This document shows, piece after piece, positions 19,287 to 25,679 of a stretch of 64,000 nt of DNA. The translations under genes were made by a program, and so were the position numbers. Where the stretch lies: positions 16,714-80,713 of the forward strand of contig CANQGO010000002.1 in the NCBI GenBank assembly GCA_947623225.1, read 5' to 3'. The DNA is from an uncultured Clostridia bacterium (GTDB lineage Bacteria; Bacillota; Clostridia; Christensenellales; CAG-314). Positions within the stretch are counted from its first letter, which is position 1; every line of letters begins with the position of its first letter. The notes beneath the pieces are model-generated. The model made no database searches. It was not told where the DNA came from and saw only the letters and a program-made list of their open reading frames with translations.

Positions 19287-19904
19287 TCATTTTTCTATCG
19301 TTTCCGGTTCCGGTTCGGACGGAGACTGCGCGTCGGGAAGATACTTTACCAGCACTCCTCCTTTCTGCAAAGCAAACAAAATCGCCGGAATGAGCACTAT
19401 TTGCAGTATGATCCCTGCCCATGTAGAGGTGAAGCTGCCAACCAGTTTAGTCCAGAGTGCCGCGAAATATGTAGAAGAGTCACTCATGATGAAAAATGCG
19501 CCCACTACGGCATTGAGCAACCGTCCCGCCACCATAGCAACGATCAGTGCCAATACGGATGCGAAGCGAAATGTCTTGCGGTTTTTGAGAAACACCCAAC
19601 GCATAAGCCCTGCGGTGAATCCGTACATTGCCAATTCGAATATCATTGGTATAAGCCCGTTCGGAAAGGGAGGTCTGGCACCGCCTGTGGAGAGGAAGGA
19701 TATGAGCGGAGATATGACGCCGCAGATAAGTCCAAGGTAAGGTCCGCACAAAACTCCGCAAAGCAATACGGGAAAATGCATCGGACTGAATAATGACGAC
19801 AGCGCGACATCTCCGAAAGAGTGGAATATACTGGCGACTATCACTCCTACCGCTGCAAGCATTGCCGTCGTGACCACATTCAACGTAGTAAATTTTGTTT
19901 TCAT
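19287..19904 (-). CDS. ECF-transporter S-component-like membrane protein (substrate unknown)
   Basis: It has 5-6 TM segments, is about 205 aa long and has a Gly/Pro-rich loop (STGGARPPFPNG) as in ECF S components. The likely start is MKTKFTTLNV at 19904. It lies directly downstream of the phosphosugar mutase gene. Confidence 0.5.
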   Translation of the reverse strand: MKTKFTTLNVVTTAMLAAVGVIVASIFHSFGDVALSSLFSPMHFPVLLCGVLCGPYLGLICGVISPLISFLSTGGARPPFPNGLIPMIFELAMYGFTAGLMRWVFLKNRKTFRFASVLALIVAMVAGRLLNAVVGAFFIMSDSSTYFAALWTKLVGSFTSTWAGIILQIVLIPAILFALQKGGVLVKYLPDAQSPSEPEPETIEK

Positions 19905-19916
19905 TGTAGCCAACAC

Positions 19917-21575
19917 CTACTTTGCAAAAAATTCATCCATAGCGTGCTTGATAGCCTCATACCTTGCGTTGTTGCTTTGTTTGTCGCCTTTGACTGTGAT
20001 ATAGCATTTGATCAACGGTTCTGTTCCGCTGGGGCGTATGATCAACTGACTTCCGTCGGCACTGCGCAAGCGAAGCACGTCCGCCTTCGGCAAATCATAC
20101 TCCGTCTGCGTGAGAAAGTCGCATGTCTCTGTCACGGGACTATTGCCCAATGCGACAAACGATTCTTTTCTCAACGCCGCAAGCAACCGCTCTTTTTTTT
20201 CCGCACCGCTTATGCCGTCAAATCTGTAGCTGATCGTATTCTGGAAATAGTATCCGTGCGCTTGGTATAACTCCTCCAATCTAGACACGAGAGTTTTGCC
20301 ACGGGATTTTAGCACCGACGCGCACTCTGCCACAAGCAATGCCGCTATCACACCGTCCTTGTCGCGTACGTAAGAACCCTTGAGGTAACCGCAACTCTCT
20401 TCGAAACCGAACAAATATCTGTCGGCACAACCCTGTGATTCGAGAATATTAATGACATTGCCTATATACTTGAATCCCGTCAATACGTCCCTGACTTCTG
20501 CGCCGAATTGCTTGGCAAGAGCATCCAGCATGGGAGTAGTTACAATAGTCTTGACCAACACCGGCTTGATCGGCAAAGAATTTGCTTTCTGCAACTCGGT
20601 CAGCACAAAATCCGCAAGCAATACGCCCACTTCATTGCCGCTGAGACGTCTATATTCCTTTCCGTCCCATGCTGCAACGCCCAGCCTGTCACAGTCGGGA
20701 TCGTTTGCAATGATGATATCGGCGTGCTTTTCCGACGCAAGTTTCATGGCAAGCATAAGCGTTTCCGTTTTCTCCGGGTTGGGATATGGACAAGTCGGGA
20801 AATTGCCGTCAGGATATTCCTGCTCTGCCACAACGGTCAGCTCTTTCAATCCGGCACGATGCAGCGTCTCGGGAACGATCCTGTAGCCTGCACCGTTGAG
20901 CGGAGTATAGACGACAGAGAGATCTTCCGACAAATCAAACGTAAGTCTCTCCTGTAACACTCTGTCGATGTACATCTCCTCCAACAGCCTATCGGTATAC
21001 TGCACCAAATTTCCCTCGTATTCTTCAAAAAGAGGCAACGGCCTGTCGAAAAGTGTCACCGTTTCTATATATCTCGTAACTTCAGCCGCGTCTTCGTCCA
21101 GAAGTTGACAACCTGTCGCGTCATATACCTTGTAGCCATTATATTCGGCGGGGTTATGACTTGCCGTAACGTTTACACCGGTATCGCAATGCAATTCCCT
21201 GACCATATACGACAAATATGGTGTGGGCATACACTCTGCCGTGAGATACACCTTGATCCCGTGACTTGCCAATGTCGCCGCTGCCAACTCGCAAAAACGC
21301 TTACTGTTGTTGCGTGAATCGTATGTGATCGCGGTACTTTTCATGCCGTGCGCGTCCATATAACGAGCCAAGCCTTCCGTTGCGCGGTAGACCGTGTACA
21401 CATTCATCCGAGCTGTGCCGACGGACATGATACCTCTGAGCCCCGCCGTTCCGAAAGACAAGTCTCCGTCAAAAGCCTCCTGTTTTTCGGAGTCGCTCAT
21501 ATCCCGCAACTGACGCTGCAACTCAATGTCAGTTACTTTTTGACACCATTCGTTGTATTTGTCTATATAGTTCAT
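19917..21575 (-). CDS. Phosphoglucomutase/phosphomannomutase family protein (PgcA-like)
   Basis: The active-site loop is TASHNPAEYNGYKVY. The start is corrected to ATG 21575 (MNYIDKYNEW), with AGGAGGGC upstream. Confidence 0.88.
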   Translation of the reverse strand: MNYIDKYNEWCQKVTDIELQRQLRDMSDSEKQEAFDGDLSFGTAGLRGIMSVGTARMNVYTVYRATEGLARYMDAHGMKSTAITYDSRNNSKRFCELAAATLASHGIKVYLTAECMPTPYLSYMVRELHCDTGVNVTASHNPAEYNGYKVYDATGCQLLDEDAAEVTRYIETVTLFDRPLPLFEEYEGNLVQYTDRLLEEMYIDRVLQERLTFDLSEDLSVVYTPLNGAGYRIVPETLHRAGLKELTVVAEQEYPDGNFPTCPYPNPEKTETLMLAMKLASEKHADIIIANDPDCDRLGVAAWDGKEYRRLSGNEVGVLLADFVLTELQKANSLPIKPVLVKTIVTTPMLDALAKQFGAEVRDVLTGFKYIGNVINILESQGCADRYLFGFEESCGYLKGSYVRDKDGVIAALLVAECASVLKSRGKTLVSRLEELYQAHGYYFQNTISYRFDGISGAEKKERLLAALRKESFVALGNSPVTETCDFLTQTEYDLPKADVLRLRSADGSQLIIRPSGTEPLIKCYITVKGDKQSNNARYEAIKHAMDEFFAK

Positions 21576-21589
21576 AGTCGCCCTCCTAT

Positions 21590-22846
21590 CTAATTTACCG
21601 ATACATTGTCTGCACCGAAAAGCGTGCAAGACAAAAATGCCGTCAAAAGTCTGCGCATTGTATCTATATCTTCTATACCGCACGTTTCGCTCGCCGAGTG
21701 CATGGCCAGCTGAGCAATACCTATATCACAGACTTTCATGCCCAATTCGCGTGCCGTGACAAGTCCCAGTGTACTGCCTCCCGACAGTTCGCTATTGTTA
21801 TACAGATCCTGATACGGCAAGCCGTGTTGGTCGGATAACCGTTTGACTATAGCCGCACTCAGTCCGTCCGTGGCATAATTGACGTGATGCTTAATGATAA
21901 CGCCGCCGTTCAGTCGGCAATGATATACCGGATCATGCTTTTCGGGGTGAGCGGGATGCGCTGCATGTCCATTGTCCACAGAGAGCACCATTCCGTTTTC
22001 CGTGGCGTAGAACAGTGCCGTTTGCGACATATTTAATGCCGAGGCGATCCCGTCTATCACCTGATGTAAAAAACTCGGCGCACCCTGCCGCGAACCACTG
22101 CCCGTTTCCTCATTGTCCAGACAAGCCACTATGGCTATATCCTGCGGATCGGCGTCCACAAGCGCGTAAAGAGAATTGTATACGCTTGTCAAGTTGTCCA
22201 GCCGTGCCGAGCAAAGGAATTCGTTGTGTAGACCGCACTCGAACGCTTCGGAAGCGGGCACGGCATACAGATCGGCGTCCAGCACACGCTTGTTTGTGAG
22301 ACTGCGATACAGGTTCGCTTCTCCCTGCGCCAACAAGGGCAACAGGTCGGTCTGTACATTCAAAAAAGGCTTCTCGTTTGCCTCTCTATTGAGATGGATA
22401 GCAAGACTGGGGATGGTAATATTGTAGTCGCTGACGACAAGTTGTTGCTCCACGCCATCCGCCGTTTCCAAAAGCACGCGTCCCGCAACCTTCATTTTAC
22501 GGTCGAAGTAACTATACATCAATCCGCCGCCGTACTTTTCCGTATCAAGCCGCTTGAGCCCGTCATTTTCTATCAATCTATCCCCCTTTATCTTGAAAGA
22601 GGGGCTGTCCGTATGACTGACAGCGATATTAAATACGTCTGTTTGCCCTACACAGAATGCCACAACGGAACTGCCGTTACGCGTGACGAAATAACTTCCG
22701 CCGCGTTCCAATTGCCAACTGTCCCCGAGCGTCAACTGCATAAATCCATGCTCTCTGAGCACCTCGCAAATATTCGCCGTCACATGATAAGCCGTATAAC
22801 CACTATCCAAAAATTCTTTCAATTCCATTTTTCTTCTCCATTTCAT
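21590..22846 (-). CDS. M18 family (aspartyl/glutamyl-type) aminopeptidase
   Basis: It has HTDSPSFKIK and a size of about 415 aa. ATG 22846 overlaps the stop of the upstream ATP-grasp gene (ATGA). An alternative start is MELKEF at 22828. Confidence 0.75.
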   Translation of the reverse strand: MKWRRKMELKEFLDSGYTAYHVTANICEVLREHGFMQLTLGDSWQLERGGSYFVTRNGSSVVAFCVGQTDVFNIAVSHTDSPSFKIKGDRLIENDGLKRLDTEKYGGGLMYSYFDRKMKVAGRVLLETADGVEQQLVVSDYNITIPSLAIHLNREANEKPFLNVQTDLLPLLAQGEANLYRSLTNKRVLDADLYAVPASEAFECGLHNEFLCSARLDNLTSVYNSLYALVDADPQDIAIVACLDNEETGSGSRQGAPSFLHQVIDGIASALNMSQTALFYATENGMVLSVDNGHAAHPAHPEKHDPVYHCRLNGGVIIKHHVNYATDGLSAAIVKRLSDQHGLPYQDLYNNSELSGGSTLGLVTARELGMKVCDIGIAQLAMHSASETCGIEDIDTMRRLLTAFLSCTLFGADNVSVN

Positions 22847-23730
22847 CTTGATTTGTCGTTCGCCGCTACGCTATTTACGATATGAAGCGCATAGGCTCTT
22901 GCCACGTTGAACTGTGTAACCGATTCCATCTCTTCAAACATTGCGTTGCTGTTCACTTCACACAATTTTGGCGGATCTGTAAGTAATACGTCAACGCCGC
23001 AATAGTCCAACCCTATGATGCTCGCCGCCTTCTCGCACATGATCTCAATATCCCGCGGTATAGCTGTACTCTCGCCCTTGCCGCCCAACGCCACATTGGA
23101 ACGGAAGTCGTGCGCGTTGATCCTGCGCATTGCACATACAGCCTTGCCTCCTATGACTATCACTCGCATATCGGAACCTCTGCTACCGGCTTCGTATCTC
23201 TGCAACAAGTGCGGTTTGCCCTTGATCTCTTCCAACTTATCCCGCAGTTGAGAAATACTGTCGCATAGATACACCTGCTCTCCGAAACTGCCGTGACACT
23301 CTTTCACTACGACGGGCAGGCCCAATCTATCCACGATTTTTCGCATATATGAATCGCTATCGACCCGCGCGTCGGCGCAATAGCACAAAGGTCCGGCAAT
23401 GGTATCCGGCATGAGTATGCCACTATCGGCGAGCACCGCATGCGTCAGCATTTTGTCGTCGCATATTTCCGTCGCTTCCGCCCTGTTGAACAAGCGTATT
23501 CCCGCCTTTTCCAACATGCTCGCAATGATGCGTTCTTTATCAAAATACAACACAAAATCTTCGTTAATATTACATTTTATCCTTCCATCACAGACATACA
23601 CAGCAAGGCCGTCATTACGAACCACACGTGTTTCTACACCCAGCGCAGCAAACTCTTCCTGCATCCTCGCCGTTTTGCGAATCTGCGCTCTGCTTGTATC
23701 GTATGGATTCACCAAAATCACGCCTTTCAT
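22843..23730 (-). CDS. RimK-like ATP-grasp ligase
   Basis: This 295-aa protein has an ATP-grasp layout (PVVVKECHGSFGEQVYL … LLQRYEAGSRGSDMRVIVIGGK … DYCGVDVLL). Confidence 0.7.
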   Translation of the reverse strand: MKGVILVNPYDTSRAQIRKTARMQEEFAALGVETRVVRNDGLAVYVCDGRIKCNINEDFVLYFDKERIIASMLEKAGIRLFNRAEATEICDDKMLTHAVLADSGILMPDTIAGPLCYCADARVDSDSYMRKIVDRLGLPVVVKECHGSFGEQVYLCDSISQLRDKLEEIKGKPHLLQRYEAGSRGSDMRVIVIGGKAVCAMRRINAHDFRSNVALGGKGESTAIPRDIEIMCEKAASIIGLDYCGVDVLLTDPPKLCEVNSNAMFEEMESVTQFNVARAYALHIVNSVAANDKSR

Positions 23731-23851
23731 AACTTAGCATTATACAATAAAACACCTTATCAGTCAATAACACAAGCAATATATGACATAAATTGTCCGA
23801 ATTATCGACTATCTTTGTAAAAACTTCTTTCAAAAAGCAGGAGATTTCTTT

Positions 23852-24064
23852 GTGGAGTATTGGTGGATCCTGGTAGTGATAGGCGTACTGTTTCTGCTGG
23901 GTATCCTGTCCATATTCTTCCCTGTACTGCGAGTAGTTTTCAAGTGGCTTTGGATAGGTATAAAGTGGATATTCAAGATACTTTGGTACATAATCTCCGC
24001 GCCGGCGCGGCTGGTGGTGCTGTTGATCAACAAGGCAAAAGCCAAGAAGGAGGGTTCCGGCTAA
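23852..24064 (+). CDS. Small hydrophobic 2-TM protein (70 aa), unknown function
   Basis: GTG start at 23852 with CAGGAG upstream. The sequence MEYWWILVVIGVLFLLGILSIFFPVL…WIFKILWYIISAPARLVVLLI has a lysine-rich tail. Its stop codon is 1 nt from the U-tract of the sRNA-A terminator. Confidence 0.55.
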   Translation: MEYWWILVVIGVLFLLGILSIFFPVLRVVFKWLWIGIKWIFKILWYIISAPARLVVLLINKAKAKKEGSG

Positions 24065-24065
24065 T

Positions 24066-24210
24066 AAAAAAACACCCGGGACTTTTGTCCTGGGTGCTGC
24101 GGAGCCTCACAGCTCGCCGACTCTTGTCGGTACTTTCACTCTCTTAGGCTACTCCGCTCGGTCGGTCTTAGCTTGCTTTCCGACTTTAGCCGTTGTATGG
24201 CTACCGAGAG
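24066..24210 (-). ncRNA. Candidate sRNA copy A (~145 nt), family unknown
   Basis: Minus-strand -35 TTGACA (24246-24241), an 18-nt spacer, and TGt-TAAAAT (-10 at 24222-24217). The terminator hairpin is CACCCAGGAC-aaaa-GTCCCGGGTG (24096-24073) followed by U7 (24072-24066). There is no ATG inside. It shares perfectly conserved blocks with copy B. The 5' end is predicted only. Confidence 0.5.
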
Positions 24211-24245
24211 GATTTCATTTTAACATAAAAAAGAAGGTGTTGTCA

Positions 24246-24587
24246 ATGACTAAAATTGTAAATAGAAAAAGAAAGCCCAATGAGGCTAACCTCGCCGGGT
24301 TGATGGTGGTAAACTCGGATATTGCATGGGACTATAAGAATAGACGTTGGCGCAAAGGCGTTTACGGTGCCGTGGACAAAGAGCTGACATTCATTACCAC
24401 TACCGTGCAGTCTAAGGACGGCACTCGGCGCAGAAAATTTGTAAATGACGTCACTGAGCTGCCGAACGTCACGAATGAGCGGGTGATGGCTTTCTTTGAC
24501 AATAAGCAAAATGTCCAACGTAGTAAATGCTACCTTGTAGAGAAATCTCTCTACGAGGAAATGGTAAAAGGTCGCAAGAAAGTATGA
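24246..24587 (+). CDS. orfX: 113-aa highly basic protein, no recognisable family
   Basis: ATG 24246 with AGAAGG 8 nt upstream. The protein is MTKIVNRKRKPNEANLAGLMVV…RRRKFVNDV…KGRKKV. Its stop overlaps the ATG of the P-loop fragment (ATGA at 24584-24587). It has a diverged paralog at 24861. Confidence 0.6.
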   Translation: MTKIVNRKRKPNEANLAGLMVVNSDIAWDYKNRRWRKGVYGAVDKELTFITTTVQSKDGTRRRKFVNDVTELPNVTNERVMAFFDNKQNVQRSKCYLVEKSLYEEMVKGRKKV

Positions 24588-24784
24588 TCACCATAATTTT
24601 CGGCAAGCCCGGGGCAGGCAAAACGGCGTATCTGGTCAGTCAGATGCTGCGTTACCCGAGTAACACCCAATATTATGACCTGACAAAAAAGCACCCGGGA
24701 CTTTTGTCCTGGGTGCTGCGGAGCCTCACAGCACGGTTCTCAAAGGAACTCCATTTCAGCACTTTCGCTACTCCGCTCGGTTAG
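24584..24784 (+). pseudogene. Truncated P-loop NTPase gene (Zot/pI-like extreme N-terminal Walker A)
   Basis: MITIIFGKPGAGKTAYLVSQMLRYPSNTQYYDL is native sequence up to about 24684. After that, the frame reads into repeat copy B (KKHPGLLSWVLRSLTA…) and stops at 24784. Confidence 0.55.
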
Positions 24785-24826
24785 ACCCCACCGGTTCTAA
24801 CTTTGGGTTTTGTTACCCACCAGCGC
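24685..24826 (-). ncRNA. Candidate sRNA copy B (~142 nt), paralog of copy A
   Basis: Minus-strand -35 TTGACA (24861-24856), a 17-nt spacer, and TGt-TAAACT (24838-24833). The terminator has the same 10-bp hairpin extended by one G-C pair (24716-24691), followed by U6 (24690-24685). The 40-nt block 24692-24731 is identical to 24073-24112, and the 15-nt block 24767-24781 is identical to 24148-24162. Confidence 0.5.
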
Positions 24827-24860
24827 AGTAGTAGTTTAACACAATTCAGGAGGGTTGTCA

Positions 24861-25070
24861 ATGATAAATAATCCGAACAGAAACAGAAAGAAAAATATTA
24901 ACCTTGCCGGACTTTATGCGGTTCCATATAACGTTGCTATTAAAAACAAATCTTGTCCGAAGTTTACTTGAGCCCGAACGATGGCGATCTACGGCAACTT
25001 TTATCCGGCACAAACAAGTAAGACTACAGAAAAACGCACCGTCTACCGCGATTGCGCCCTGAGCGTATGA
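24861..25070 (+). pseudogene. orfX' : diverged paralog of orfX interrupted by an in-frame TGA
   Basis: AGGAGG lies 7 nt upstream of ATG 24861. MINNPNRNRKKNINLAGLYAV aligns with the orfX N-terminus. There is a TGA at 24969-24971, but similarity continues in the same frame (AIYGNF…TSKTTEKRTVYRD versus GVYGAV…QSKDGTRRRKFVND) up to the stop at 25068-25070. Confidence 0.5.
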
Positions 25071-25345
25071 AACGTTGATTAGTTAAAATACTTGTAAATT
25101 TAACAAAGAGATGCTAAACTTTGCGTAGAAAAATAAGTATTTCGCCAAATGAAAGAACCTTCCGCCGAATGGTAGATCTGTTTCGTAATTGCGCGAAGAA
25201 CCGAATTAAAATCTTGGTGCACCGCATGAGCACAATAAAAAGACTATGCCCACGATATTGTCGAAGATTAGATATCATCGCGCGGCCGTTGACAGTAAAG
25301 AGACCCGAGAAATGAATAATGCAAAAAGGAAGAGGAAAGATTGGA

Positions 25346-25610
25346 ATGGTAAAAAGTAATGTGGTATACGATGAAGAAGATTTGGAATTTCTGCGTATAA
25401 TTGTAAAACGCAATTCTGAAGTAACCTTTACGTGCAGAGGATTGACGTACAGGATAGAGGCTCCCGGCGGCAAACCTTTTGTACCTTGATGAAAGAGATA
25501 CTCCCGAGTATTATTTCGAGGATCTTGATGACTTGCTGGAACATTACATTATAGATGGCGTTCCATTTAAGGATATAATTCCCAAGATAGAGTTTTGTGG
25601 TGAGGGTTAG
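25346..25610 (+). pseudogene. Frameshifted small ORF (~90 aa if repaired), unknown family
   Basis: Frame 1 is MVKSNVVYDEEDLEFLRIIVKRNSEVTFTCRGLTYRIEAPGGKPFVP, stopping at 25487-25489. The frame starting at 25476 continues as LLYLDERDTPEYYFEDLDDLLEHYIIDGVPFKDIIPKIEFCGEG to the stop at 25608-25610. The switch lies at the CCTTTT run (25475-25480). A strong purine-rich RBS is upstream. Confidence 0.45.
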
Positions 25611-25630
25611 GTTTCATCATTAAAATATTT

Positions 25631-25665
25631 AGTACGCATTGGCTAAGTCCGTGCGTACTTTTTTG
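25631..25665 (+). terminator. Intrinsic terminator
   Basis: Stem AGTACGCA / TGCGTACT (8 bp) followed by TTTTTTGTT. Confidence 0.7.
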
Positions 25666-25679
25666 TTAAGGAGAAAACT

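Noticed and set aside
24073-24096. The conserved hairpin as the plus-strand terminator of the 70-aa ORF.
   Set aside because: On the plus strand it is followed by CTGCGGAG with no U-tract, whereas on the minus strand it is followed by U6-U7 in both copies. I kept the plus-strand structured-leader idea only as a caveat, because of the G-U versus A-C asymmetry.
24243-24518. A 91-aa minus-strand ORF antisense to orfX, and the 119-aa minus ORF at 25114..25473.
   Set aside because: They have no RBS and a junk-like composition. The first would start inside the sRNA promoter region, and the plus-strand frames are more protein-like.
24066-24863. Reading the two repeats as integron attC sites/cassettes, as a type III toxin-antitoxin RNA array, as a retron msr-msd, or as a CRISPR.
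   Set aside because: - **attC:** there are no GTTRRRY/RYYYAAC core pairs and no integrase.
- **Type III TA:** these have short tandem repeats on the same strand as the toxin gene.
- **Retron:** there is no reverse transcriptase nearby.
- **CRISPR:** there are only two copies, 619 nt apart, with non-uniform spacing and no cas genes.
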